Part shown: piece by piece, positions 1-12,500 of the stretch
How positions within the stretch are numbered: position 1 is the first letter of the stretch
How the letters are laid out: each line of letters opens with the position of its first letter
Assembly (NCBI RefSeq): GCF_009914755.1
Contig: NC_060935.1
Direction: 5' to 3' (one strand)
Length of the DNA stretch: 64,000 bases
Origin: the human T2T-CHM13v2.0 reference genome, Homo sapiens
Made by a program: the position numbers and the translations under genes
Notes under the pieces: generated by a model
The model's input: only the letters and a program-made list of their open reading frames with translations
What the model was told of the DNA's origin: nothing
Databases searched by the model: none

Positions 1-150
1 TGCTGGGATGCTTTAACAATGGGCTCTCAGGGAGAAAACACATGCTTTGCTTTGGAGCATATTCCAGTGACCATGGTGTAAATATTCCCACCCAGGCTGA
101 TTGTCAAGCAACCCGAAATGCTGAACTCAGCAGGGGAGAGGATTGGCCAT
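1..150 (+). mobile_element. Ancient hAT-type DNA transposon fragment (OldhAT1-like), truncated by window edge
   Basis: tgctgg..tttaacaa..ggctctc and ccatggtgtaaatattcccacc..gctgattgtcaagc resemble a remembered old hAT consensus; heavily diverged. Confidence 0.4.
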
Positions 151-822
151 TTCAGGGTGTGGGGTGAGCGCCGGCTCCAGTGCCCCACAAGAGTGATTTT
201 GACCATGGAAAGTTCTCAGTGGGACCTCAGGGGTTCGCCGCCTCTCCACGGGGTCCAGACCCTAGTCCAAGCAGCAATTTGCATCTCTCACTGCCCTCTT
301 CACTCCCATCCCCACCCCCAGGGCCCACCTGACTCACTCCCTGCCTCCCCTCCCACCTGCCGCCTGTCCTGAGTGAGCCTCCTCCCTGGGCCCTCGGAGA
401 GGGGAGCCGCCGGGCCGCACGAGTCTAAACAAGGACAGGGATCACGGTGGGGTTTGCATTCACACGCCCTCTTTGCTCCACTGAACTTCCTTGGAGCAGA
501 CCTCAGGTGCAGAGCTCTGGTGGAGCTGGCGGGGCCACAGGTGGGGCTGGGCTCCCCATGAGTCTCCTGGGAGGGTGCGGGACTCTGCCCGCAGCCCGTC
601 TTGCTGCAGTTACCATTGGCTCCTGCGTCTGGGGCACCCACGTCACACCCTTCATCTGCTCAGTCAGCCCGAGGCAGCTCCCAGCCTCAGGAAAGCCCAG
701 AAGCAATTGGAAGAGTCTGGGGGTGGGAGGCGCGAGGACATCGGACAGACCTGGCGCGGCCGGGCGGTGCAGGCCTGCTTCAGCCTTCTTTGGCCTGGGC
801 TTGAAGGCAGGCCTGCGCCTGA

Positions 823-1012
823 GGGGTCTGCGGTGGTCTGGGGTGCTCCGCGGAGGTCTGGGGTGGTCTGCAATGGCCCGAGGTGGCCAGAGGGGTCTGG
901 GGTGGTCTGCAGTGGTGTGGTGTGGGGTGGGGTGGTCTGGGGTGGTCTGCAGTGGTCTGGGGTGGCCTGAGGGGTTTGGGGTGGTCTGGGGTGGTCTGCA
1001 GTGGTCTGGGGT
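823..1012. repeat. Degenerate 10-bp tandem repeat (GGGGTGGTCT / GCAGTGGTCT)
   Basis: Repeated gtggtctg(g/c) units seen directly. Confidence 0.9.
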
Positions 1013-2246
1013 CAGCTGGGCCTTTGCCTGCTGTTTGGTGCCCAGTGCAGGCCCGCAGGTTAATGGTCAGTCTGGTCAGCCTGTGTCCTAGGGGATGGAG
1101 GTGTCAGATTTGGATGAAGAGCTGGGGTAGGGGGACTCAGCACTGCCATGGTGGCGGCTCTGAGTTGGGGGTGACTGGAATGGGCCTGGGCCACCCCCAC
1201 GCTGGCAGTGCTCCAACTCAGCTCTGAGCCCCTCTTTCCTTCCTGCCGCCACCCCCACACCCGGCTCTCATCACCTCACACCTGGGCTCTTGCAGCAGCC
1301 TGGCCTCCCCCTGGGCTCTGCACTCTGCACACAGTAGGCACCCTCTGCACACACCAGACCCTTGACTTGGGAGTGGGCAGGGAGGCCCCCAAACAGCACC
1401 CTCATCGTGACTCCGCTGATGCAGCTGGCCAGTGCCCACTCCTAGGGGAGAGCACGCAGGCCCAGCAGCCTCCCCTCCTCTCCCCGTGGCGAGAGAGAAC
1501 CTGGGAGAACGGGGCCTGGGGAGCAGCGGCTGGACAGCCCTGGAGAGCTCTGCCGACCAGCCCTTGGGTGCAAGCTGTGCCCCTGCTGAGTCCCGCCTTG
1601 CTGGGACTCAGCTGTGAGGGCCTGTGGCTCTGAGGCTGGTGGGGACCATCCGGCTGCGCTAGGTCAGCAGCTCCACTGTGGGGTAGGCACTGGGAGGAGG
1701 GCAGGGAGGGGAGCTGAGCGCTCTGCTGGTGATGGGACCGCATCAGGCCCCTGGCTGCCCCAAGTTCCCCCAGCAAAGGCGAGACAAGCGTGTCGGGCCC
1801 AGGGCTGAGCAGGATGGCGTCCGGACACGGATGGAGGCACTCCGCCAGGCGTGTCCTCGAGAGCTGCTTGTAGGTGAATGCCCCTGTGCCACAGTTGTGA
1901 GTCAGGCCCTGGGCACGGGTAGCTCCCAGTTGAAAGGCCTGGCATGAGAAGTCAGACCCACTGGTCGGTGCAGGCCAGGCAACCAGAGGAAGTTTCTCAA
2001 ACCCACAGGGCCCAGCAAAGCTTCCTCCAGCGATGGGAGCGTTCTGGGTCTTCCCAGTCCAGCCAGGAGACCCAGCCGCACGCGGCTCCAGAGGCCCTGG
2101 AACGTGGCTGATGCCGTGTTCATGATCGCAGTGTAAACAGCTGTGGCGGCTGGAGATGGCCACGCTGGACGGTGCGGAGCTGAGACGGGCCTTCGAAGCA
2201 GAGCGGGAGGTGCGACCTGTGCAGCTGTCACTCTGCTCTGTGGTTT

Positions 2247-2441
2247 AGGGTCACCAGGTAAAGTGCAGGATGGCAGCTGAATCTGAATCGCAGGTAAACG
2301 ATGACTGTTCTCAGTGTGAGTGTGTGCCGTGTAATATTTGGGACACTGTTGGAGACAAATACTGAGGAAGCCTCTGTTCTTTATGTGAAATTCACGGCTT
2401 CACAGGTGCCCTGCATTTCCGTCGGTGGATCTGGCTGCCCT
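2247..2441. mobile_element. MER53 palindromic MITE
   Basis: Starts agggtcaccagg and ends ctggctgccct (TIR-like); ~195 bp; colinear with MER53 (AGGGTTGCCAGATAAAATACAGGA...TCTGGCAACCCT). Confidence 0.75.
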
Positions 2442-3228
2442 GTGCATGCACCGGCAGCAGGACAGCCTGTGTCCGGATGAAGCCTGCGGTCGGCAGTCGA
2501 GTGGTCAGTGGGAGGCTGCTGTTGGGCCTCTGGTGGTCTCGAGGACAAATGGAGTCTTGGCTGAGGACACAGAGGCTGTGGACTTGCCGGCTGTAGCTGC
2601 CCTCGGGCCCCCACACAACCTGGCTGCCCAGGAAACAAACTGGAGGCTGGAAACCGGCCCCTCTGAGCGTGGGCCACAGGCGAGGCTGCCTGCCGAGTCC
2701 TGCCCTCCCGCAGGCCCTGTCTACCCCGGCTGCCTTCCTTCCGGCCACCACTGAGGATGGGAGCATCCTGGGGGTCTGTGTCCAGGCAGCCAGCTGGATG
2801 CAGGAGGGCACCCCGGCCGCATGGAAGCTGCCTAGAAGTCCAGGCCCATCGTGCTGCGCTGGCCCTGGGCCTTCTGAATGTCATGGCTCCTTCCTGGGCT
2901 GTGCTGGAGGGAAGATGGGACCTTGGGGCATTGGCTCTGCAAGTGTCTAAATAGGGGACAATTTCCAGTGTTCCCCCATCTCCCCTGCAGATTCCGTGGG
3001 CCCTGGGGAGGGGACACCCCTGCTGCCCACCCCTCCCTCCAGGGTGGAGTGAAGTGGCTCTCCCTGCACTGTCTGGGGCTCCCCTCGCCTCCAGTTTGTC
3101 TGAGGAGCTCTCAGGAGTGCTCAGAGGCTCGAGAAGAGGGAGGTTCAGGGAAGCAGCAAACTCTAAACCTTTGTTTCTTGGGAACCTGGGCTTGTAAGGG
3201 CTGGGTGTCTGGAAGGGCAGCGAGGCCC

Positions 3229-3493
3229 TGTGTGCTTGGGCATTGTGCGTGTGTCTGTGTGTGATGTGCATGGGTGTGTGCGGGTGTGGGGAGATGGGTG
3301 TGTGTGTGTGGGTGCAGGGAGGTGGGTGTGTGTGTGCAGGTGTGGGAAGGTTGTGTGTGTGTTGGTGTGGGGAGGTGTGTATGTGTGTGTCTGGGGAGAT
3401 GGGTGTGTGTACAGGTGTGGGGAGGTGGGTTGGTGTGTGCGGGTGTCTGTGTGTGGTGTGTGTGTGTTTGTGGGTGTGTGCGTGTGTGTGGTG
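3229..3493. repeat. Degenerate (TG)n / GT-rich simple repeat
   Basis: Interrupted TG runs with recurring ggggagatgggtgtgtgt. Confidence 0.95.
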
Positions 3494-4654
3494 GAGGAGG
3501 CTGGACTGCCCCTGTAGGATCAGAGTCCACCTTTGGAGGGGCCAGCCCGGCCAGGGCCACGGCTGAGATGTAGCCGGGGGACTCTGCAGGGGCCACCAGC
3601 ACCTCACTTGGCCACCCTGGCTTCTCAGCTTTCCTGACGGCCTCCAAGAGAGGCAGGTGTGGTGTGGGATGCCAAGGCCCCTGTCCCATTGTGGCCCCAT
3701 TGCCATTGCCATCCTCACCTAGGCTCCTTTGGGGCCTCATCTGGCCAGCTGGCTGGTGGGCAGCCCCTGGCTGCAGGCCTCCACCTCCACTCTTGTCTGG
3801 GACACCTCCTGACATTGGGGCCCTGAGGAGCCCCCACCTCCCTCCTGCCCACAGCCCCTGCCCGGCTGTCTGGCCAGGGGGTGAGAGGTGCGTCTGTTCT
3901 CGCCTGGCCAGGCAGAAGGCAGGAAGGTTCCTAAGCTCTGCTGCCTGGAGGTCCCCGTGTGATCTGCAAATGTCGATCGTGTTTGGTTACATTTAATAGA
4001 GGAGAGGAAAATTTCTTCTGAAACCACCTCGTTGGCTTCAAACCAAGTGTGGGAAAGCAAGAGCATCAATCTTTCCCCTTTTAGAACAAGTTTTCTTTTT
4101 CCAAAGGGAAAAATTCCAGGCTCCATCTTTCTTTATGTGCCTTCCAGGCAGCGACCCCCCGACCCCCAGCTCCAGGGCTGGGTTGCCAATGCGACAAAGC
4201 AGACGGGCCCCCCCACCGGCACCTACCTGGGGCCTGCTGCTCCTTCCTCCAAGGTGCTCTGGGGTGTGAGTCGGAGCTGCACCCCAGAAACGGCTCCCGA
4301 GGAACAGTGTCTGTGAGGCTGGGTGCTGGGGCCGCCTGCACCCCCCTTCCCCTCCCAGGGCCCTGCGGGAGACTGCAGGTGGGCACGGACTCACAGCAGC
4401 CTCTGGAAAGGGCTGCAGAGGGGCTTGCTGGCTGACTGGCCAGGGACCAGGTTGGGCAGAGACCCCCAGGCGGGAGGGTTGGGGCTCACCAAGATGCTCA
4501 ACTCAGATGAGAGGCCACCTGCCCACACTCTGGCAGGCCAGCTATCAAGACCGGGGGCTTCTGTCCTCTTTCACCCCTCCTCTCCCTCTCCCTGCCCACA
4601 AGGGTCTTCTTATACCCAGGCACCGGCCCCCGTTCCTGTGCCCTCTCTCCTCAC

Positions 4655-4744
4655 CCTCGTCCAACTCCAGGAGCTGCCTGTGGTCCTGAGGCCTGGAGCT
4701 GAAGTCCTGCATGGCACCAGTAATTGTAATGGCCACATGTTCCC
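4655..4744 (-). other. Candidate 90-nt internal exon of an unidentified transcript
   Basis: Minus strand acceptor tcttttttcccctttcttctgcag|G and donor GAGG|gtgagg. Confidence 0.45.
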
Positions 4745-5163
4745 CTGCAGAAGAAAGGGGAAAAAAGACCTTTTCCAGCTGACATCCAGGCCGGGGGAAG
4801 CAGAGCATTTGAGAGGCGCAGGTGCAGGATCCCAGCCACGCCCAGCCCCGTCACCAGGCAGGGCTCCCTGGGGCACAGGTGTGCTCGGTGGCTGGAGGCC
4901 CCTGACTGCTCCCTTTGCGCAGGGAGCTCAGTCCTCCCAGCCTCTGTGTGGACCATCGCCGAGTGTCTAGGCCTGAGCAGGTACAGGCGATGCTGTGGAT
5001 GCTGGCCAACCCCCTCTGTGCTGTGTGCCTCCTGATCTTCCCAAATTCCACCCCTGTCTGGTCCCGAGCCAGGGATGGACCATGGCCTGAGGGTGGGCAC
5101 AACCCTGACCCCTCTCCCTGTGTCTCATCCACTTGCTCTTGCCACCTGGATGGGCACAAAAAA

Positions 5164-5455
5164 CCCGATGGCCGTGGAGATCCAGGAGAACCCCTAGAAG
5201 AGCCTCGGGCACCCCCTCACCCACGATGACCATAGAGGGCCAGGGGAACCCAGAGGAACCTCAGGCACCCCTCAACCCATGACGGCCGTGGAGGGCCAGG
5301 GGAACTCAGAGGAGCCTCAGGCACCTCCTCAACCCATGACCCATGACGGCTGTGGAGGGCCAGGAGAAGCCCCAGAGCAGCCACAGGCACCTCCTCCCCA
5401 CAGTGGCTGTGGAGGGCCAGGAGAACCCTGAGGAGCCCCGGGTGCCCGCCGCCCA
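5164..5455. repeat. Degenerate minisatellite, ~53-bp unit, ~5 copies
   Basis: Recurring ..gtggagggccagg(g/a)gaac..agagga(g/a)cctcaggcacc..ctcaacccatga. Confidence 0.85.
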
Positions 5456-6099
5456 CAGCGATGCCCTGACCCCTGGCTTCTTGAGGACCACCTTCCCATC
5501 CCCTGGTAGATGCTAAAAGGGAGGACACTGGCTGACGGAGCCCCTGACCTCTCCCTCCTGACCAGGTGGCCATTCTGGGAAGCGTGGGCTGAGGGGCCAG
5601 CAGCACAGCCTGTGCCCTGGCCCTGAGTGCGGCTGGCAGGTGGCCTTGGGAAGGTCTCCCTGCCAGGTGTGAATGGTGGGCACTGCTGCTGCCACTGCCA
5701 CCTCACTGGGTCCAACAGCCAGGGACCAAGTGCATGTCTGCTCAGCACAGGTGGGCAGTGAGGGGCAGCCCATGTTCATGGCACAGTCCCTGCCAAGTGC
5801 CCACTGTGTACCCACCCCGGGGGACAGTCCAGGAGGGGCTGGTGGGAAGAGAACAGGGTGTGGCTGAGCTCCAGCCTTGGGTGTGGGCTCTCGGTCTCAG
5901 AGGGATGGCCAGTGGCAGAGAACAGAGACCTGGCTGAGGGCAGGTTTCTGCACTGTCACTGGTGAATGGGCACTGGGTCCCCAGGCTTGAGGGGGCTTCA
6001 AAGGGGAGAATGCCCTGAGCAGGGGCTGGGGACAAGAGAAGGAAGGCCTGCATCCTGGAGCGAGAGCCAGTGCTACAGCCAGGAGGGGCCAGTCCCACT

Positions 6100-6150
6100 C
6101 CCTTATTTGACACACGGAGAAACTGAGGCTGAGAGTGGGATCTGGGTTTG
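6100..6150 (-). mobile_element. MIR core fragment
   Basis: atttgacacacggagaaactgaggctgagag resembles the MIR core ATTTTACAGATGAGGAAACTGAGGCTCAGAG. Confidence 0.55.
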
Positions 6151-6369
6151 CCTGACGGCCGGGCCTTGCTTTCTTTGTGTTTATTTCTTCCTGATGCCCC
6201 TGCCTGGGGGTCTATGGGTAGATGAGCAGGTGCTGGGGCCCAAGCCTCTGCTCCCGGCCCCACTCACTGTCAGCCTGGACAGTCGAGGCCCTTTGAACTG
6301 CCATCCCCGTGGGCAGCAGCATAAAGGGTGGGAGCGCAGCCGGGGCAGGGGACTGGCAGCTCCTGGGCG

Positions 6370-6545
6370 AGAAGCTTCCAGGAAGTGGAACTCAGAAGAA
6401 ACCAAGTCTCACTGAGCGGGCTCCGTGGCCACCCGTCTGCCTGGACCCCGGAAAGCAAACTTGGGAAGCAGGAAGCAGTGGAAAGAGAAACTTTAGCAAG
6501 GGAGGTGCGCCAGGCCAAGGCCTCTGGGAGAGCAGCATCACGTGT
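6370..6545. promoter_or_regulatory. Motif cluster: GAS, ETS, ISRE, E-box (candidate interferon-responsive enhancer)
   Basis: TTCCAGGAA 6376-6384; CAGGAAGT 6379-6386; GGAAAGAGAAACT 6480-6492; CACGTG 6539-6544. Confidence 0.3.
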
Positions 6546-9500
6546 GAGACGTGGCCGGGTCACTGCCCCCGCCGTGCTGCCCGCTGCCCTGTTCTTTCCG
6601 TGAGCTGCAGCTTTCCTCATCCCCCCGCCCACCCGCCTTGCTCTGCACCTCAAACTCCCTGCCCAGCCCACCCAGCTGTGGCTACTGGCTGAGAAACCGA
6701 GGCCCACAGACCCTGGGCAGAGGGAGACAGGGGACAGAGACAGGCAGGGCCGGGGTGGGGGCTGCACAGAGACCCACACAGGGTGATCCTGGGCCATCCT
6801 GGCTTCGAGGGGGGCCATGGTCCCTGACTGCCCAGGAGTCTTCGAGGGCCTCTTTAGGGCACGCCTACTTCCAGCCCTGGAGCTCAGCTTCCTTTTGCTA
6901 AAGAGTCAGGGAGTGTGGCCACAGAGACAGCTAGGCAGTCAGGCGCCGTGGAGGGCCCAGGCTGCTGAGGTGACACAAGTGGAACTCGGGGGCAGCTGCC
7001 GCTTGATGCCGTCACACGGCCAGTCCGCCGCCCGTCCACTGCCAGGCTCACGGGCTTCACCCTCTGCCCCGACCTCTGGCTTTCAGGCCTGTGAGGGACG
7101 GGTTCTCAGACACCAAGCATGTGGTCTGACGGGGCTGCACCCTTGCCCACTGGGCCCACAGCTCTGCAGCAGGCACCTGGGGCTCCTCCCTCTGAGAATG
7201 CACAGGCTCAGCCCGGGGCCGGGCTTGCAGGGGCCACCAGCACACGTCCCATGGCTCAGGGCCGGATGGGGACTGGCCGGGGAGATGGAGCTCTGGGCAG
7301 CATGGACTAGGCAACATCTCGCCACTGCCCACGCCAGCACCAAGGCCTGTCCTCTCCAGGCGGTGCCCTCGCCGGTCCTGCTGGCTCAGCTGCCCCTCCC
7401 ATCCCACTGGTCTCCACTGGCTGTGAATGGCAGTCCCAGCTGCTATACCAGCCTGGCCCGGGCCGCCCCCTGCAGGGGCAGACATCACTGCCAGCCTCAT
7501 CCCCAGCTCTCAGGCACCGGCCGTGTGGGGCACAAGAGCGCCCAGGGAGGCTGCTGGCCTTTTTTGGGCCTGTCCACTGCAGGGCCACCTGTGCCCACCA
7601 AGGGGGGCCAATCAGCACAGCCGTCTGCACAGGCGCTCAGGCCGAGGGACGGTGGCTATTTCAGGGCCTGGCGTCAGTTTCCCTGTCCTCTTCCCAAAGA
7701 GGAAGGGAATGTAGACGCCTGGCCCGGACAGGCGCCGGCCAGGCACTTGGAGACCCCAGAAAGGGCAGCAAGGAAGGGAGCAGAGAGGCCAGCCCAGGCC
7801 CGTCCAGCTCCCCTTTCTGCCCATGAGCTCACGGGTTCTGGCCCTCGGGCAGTTTCGAGGCCCCCATGTCACCGTCTCCCCACACCCTGGTTCCAGGAGA
7901 GGGTAGGGGAAACGGCCCTTCCTCCGGGGCATGCAGGGTGGGCCAGGTGGCCCTGGTATTCCCTTTTGCTTTTGCAGCTTCTCCCTGCCCCAGGGTTGGA
8001 GGGAACCTCAGCCCCCTCTGACGACACCGCGGGGGCCCCAGACCCTTCGAGAGGCCACTCTGGTGCCTCCATTGTGAAGCCCTGGCTTTGGGGCTGGGCT
8101 CAGCAGCTCTTGGAGGACAAATCAGGTCCCTCCTCCCTTGCCAGCTAGTAAGGCCGCCAGGCTGGCACAGGATGAGAGTGAGCTACAGACTGTTTTAGAG
8201 GGAGGCTGGGCCCTCCTTAGGCTGGCTCGGGACGGTGGGGAGGGGCAGTCTTCATCACAAATGGGTGGCAGGCAGCTCAGCACACACGGCACTCCCCGAG
8301 CCTCTGCAGGCATGAGTGGCAGTCAGCCGTGTTCCCTCTGCCCTGCCCCGTGCCCCTGCGCCATCTCCTCCACTCCAGGAGAGACCAAGGGAACCAGTGC
8401 TGCCCTGGTGGGGGGTTTCTCTCTCCAGCAGGTCACCTGGCGAGGAGGGCTCCAAGCCTCAGCGTGAATACTTAGACCCCCCCCCACCACTGCATCCTGG
8501 AGAGCGAGCGAGTGGGGAAGACGGAGGGGGCTGGGGGAGCTGTGGCACAAGCAGGGCGAGTAAGATGGAGCAGGAGGGAGCTCCACCAATCAACCCAGCC
8601 AGCTCTGGAGCCACCTGGAACACTCAATGGGAACGTCCTTCTGTCCCCAAGAGCCCCACTTTAGGGCTGTTTGCTGGGCTGACTCCCTGGCCTGCAAGAC
8701 CCCAGGTTGCTCACTCAGCCCAAACCCCCACCCATGGCACGGACCGCCCTCTCAGCCAGCCCACTCGGCTGGCTTCCCAGGACTGCCAGGGTGAGCTTCC
8801 GAAAACTGCTGGGGCTGGTTCTGTGTCCTCTGGGGAGACACCCTGGTCAGTGCTTCCCGGGGCTGAAAACGCCCAAGGAGCTGACCGCATGCCCGGCTTG
8901 TTTTCTTCCTGGGACAGTAAGAAATGGGCGCAGGGTTTGGAGAGGCTGCCAAGCTGCTCCAGCCCCAGGGTGCTGGGGGTCAGCACCAGTGTCTGAGTGC
9001 CCGGGTCCTCAGGAGACAGGTTACCCGGGCTGGCTTGAGCTCCCAAAAGCAAAGCTGGCACTACCCACCCACCTCGGGGCAGAGCCCCTGTCAAGACCCA
9101 GAGCTGTCCCAGCCTGCTCCTGGTGAGGCGGGGACAGAAACCAGAAGACCTCCCTGAGCTAGTGGGCTACCAGCTCTGCCTGCTTGGAGTTGGGGCTGGG
9201 AGAGACAGGGGCCGGCGAACACAGAAAAGCTAAAGTCTGGCTAAATCCTGTAGGCTCGGGTGGGTTCTGTTTGACCACAGGCCTTTGACCTGGGGTCGAC
9301 AGTCTTCCTCTCCAACCTGGAGCTCAAGGGTGAGCTTCAGCCTGGATGGGGGCATTGGGGGCTTGGAGGGTCCTGGACGCTCAGAGCTGGGTGCCAGATG
9401 GGAGTGCTGGCCAGCCCTTGGGAGCAGTGCTCCAGGGACAGTGGGCTCTGCCTGCAGAGAGCTTGCAGTCTCCCTGGGCAAACACCAGGCAGGCCTGGAA

Positions 9501-12500
9501 AGCGTGTGTCATTGAGCTGTGCCAGGACGGCAAGCCGGGAGTATGTGCTCCTTGGGGAGTGGGGCCCAGGTCTGGGCTCCAGGGCTGCCTCTTGGCTGGA
9601 TACCCAGCTTCACATTTGGCTCAACACAGCAAGGAGGGGTCAGGGGTCTCAGGCAGTCAGGCCTCCAGTCTCAGTCCTCACACCACTGCCCCCGGGCGCA
9701 GGACCAGCACACGGACAGGCACAGGCCACAGCGCTGGCGGTGCCCGGAGGAGGGTGTGTACGTGGCTAGCAGCTGTAGGCGTCCTGGGGGCTGCCAGGCC
9801 TCTTGCCTCACCCTCCCCTTCAGGGCAGCATGGAGTTTTGGGATTTGACCTTCACCCATTTCCAGATCCTTCCAGGGCTCCCCTGGAAGCCCCTGCCACT
9901 CCACACTGTGCCAGGCCCCAGGTGGAGAGAGCTCCCACCTGTCCAGTGCTGTGGTGTGGGGCTGTGGGGGGTGGTGCTGGGTGGGGCATAGCCTGCTGCT
10001 TTGAGGGACACTGACCTTTGAATTGAGGAGGGTCCTGGGCCTTCAGCAGGGGAGGGACACAAGGCCACAGCCCCCTTGGCCTGCCCGAGCAGATGACAGC
10101 CAGGTCTGGAGGGGCAGGCAAGAGAGGAGGACGGCACAGGTTTCAGCCCAGCATGTCACCTGAAGGCCTCAGTGTCAGAGGCAGGGCCCCTGGGGCCGCC
10201 CCAGCTCCCTTGAGCCCCAGAAGTCCAGGAACACACAGTGCCCAGACACTGCACCAGGAAGCAGAGGCCTTGCCCAAAGGTGTCGGGGCCGGGGCTCCCC
10301 AGGCGGCTGCTGAAATGGCCCACTATGTCTGCACCTGTGCCCCAACAGGGCATCCACACCCATGCCTGCCTGCGTCCACTCCTGAAAAGCTGTCAATAAA
10401 AGCTCATTTGCAATGGACCAGGATGCCAGGGGGGTCTCCAGGTGGGCAGGGGGCTCCCCAGGTGGCCAGGGGGTTTTTCAGGGGTCTCTCCAGGTGGCCT
10501 CAGGGGACCCTTCTGTGAAATGGCTCATCGTCTACTCGGATTTCTTCAAGTGGGACCCCTTTGCCTTTGACCGAGGCCCACAGGCCCTGGGCAAGTGGAC
10601 AGCTGGGGGGAAATGTGGGTGGGTTTGGGAAGCTTTGGTTTGAGCAGAGGGGCTGCGGACCCTTCTGGAGCTAGGAAGGCCAGTCCAGCAGAAAGCGCTG
10701 GCTGAGGGTGGTGAAGGGAGCCCTGGCCAAGGGGCTCTTGGCAGATAGGTGGGCGGGCGCTGTGAGGCCTGCTGGCCGCAGCCACACAGCAGGCAGCGGG
10801 CCGGGACCTGGGAGTGATAAATGGCTTCCCCAGGAGCCAGGCGGCTCTGCCAGGGCCTTCTCAGTCCTCTGAATTCAGTCTTGTTGACCCTGAGGCCCAG
10901 TAGGGCCCCTTCGAACAGGGCTGCTTTGTGGCTGAGGTGGGGGTGTTGCTTGCAGTGGGGTTTGTACGTGCAGGGCTGGCATGGGGGGCACAGGGAGTGC
11001 CAAGGAGGCCCTGCCAGCCCAGGGGGAAGCTCAGCTGTTGGAATTAATGGCAGCAGCCAGACCCTGGTGCCCACAGGCCCTGGGTTGGGAGTTTGGAGGG
11101 GGCAGCAAGCCCCCGTGTTGAGGTTCAGCTCAAAAACGACTTGGCTCAGCTCAGCTTTCACTGCCCTGTGTGCTCACCAGGGAGCATTCCCTGTGCTCCT
11201 GGGTGCCCGCACAGCGAGGTACATGCAGGGCCTCTTCTGGCTGTGACCCCTCTGTGTCACGGGGGTGACATCGTTCCGGTCGTTGAGGCCCAAGGCCCAG
11301 GAGATGGTATTGAGAGCAGAGCATGGCCCAACGCCTCCAATGTGCCCTGCCTGCCATGGCCGCTCTGCCTGCCCACCTCCAGGGAACCCCACAAGGAGGA
11401 GGCTTTAGGCGAGAGGCCCCTCAGCCACCACAACATCACTGGTCCTTGCCCCCAGTCTACCCAGCCCATCCCTGCCCCTCTGCCTGCCCGGCCCACCCCA
11501 CTGTTCTAGGAAACCCTCACGCAGCACCTAAGAGAGGCTTTGGGTAGGCTGGCTTCCCCGGCACACTTTGGGGTCGTCTTGCCCTTCTCCTGCCCCCTTA
11601 GAAAGCCCTCCTGGCCCCTTTGGCCCTGGGATATGTCCCATGCCGGTCTCTGCTGCCCAGTCAAAGGCCCCATGTCTTGGTTCCCAGGGCTAAAGCCAGT
11701 GTCCCTGGTGGCCTGTCCCAAGGAGGACCCATCTGCTGACAAGGCCAGGTGGGGACCCAGAGCCGTGGGTTGTAAACTGCTGATGGCAGGGCTGCCCCAA
11801 AGCCCTTCTCCTCCGGGCTTGCTGGTGGACCAGGGCCTCGGGGCCCCCCCGACAGTGCCCTCACACCAGAGTGGAAGGAGGCTCCCAGCTCCCGGTGTGG
11901 CTGGCGTTGGGGCAGGCTGGCTGCCTGCGTCTTTGGCTCCCTGGGACCCTTTGGCACTGCAGGCCGGGGAGGAAGCGGGCTGGACCTGCTGCAGAGCCGC
12001 TTGGATTTCGCAGGCCCTGCACCTCTTTCTAATGGCTCTTTCTAAGAAACCCCTCAGAACCTTCTGCAGGAAGAGAAGGCCCGGGAGGCGTGGACGGGGC
12101 CTCAATGGCTCAACAGGTTGGGCTTTGGGGAAGGCAGAGAGGCCTCTCGCTCTGTGCCAAACTCAGCCTCGGCTGCCTAGAAATGAATTTCCTGGGACCC
12201 CAAACTCTGGCTCTGGGCGCAGGGTCTCTATACCGTGCCTCAATGTGCTACCCTCAGACACTACCTCTGCAGGGGACCCTTCTTCCTGCACCCCCTTGCT
12301 GGACCCTGCAGACTGATTGGGCCCACTGGGCTGGAGCAGCCCGGCTGGGATTAGAGGAAGAGGAAATAGTGACGATGGCAGTGGGAGGCAGAGTGGCCCC
12401 ACACACACATCCACCATGGCTCAACACGTGTGTTTATCAGGCAGAGCCACGGGCTGGCCTTGGGGGCTGGTAGGAACCATGAGCAGATCCCAGGGCAGCC

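Noticed and set aside
2381-3718. His/Thr/Pro-rich 445-aa protein
   Set aside because: Translation of the (CA)n-like simple repeat
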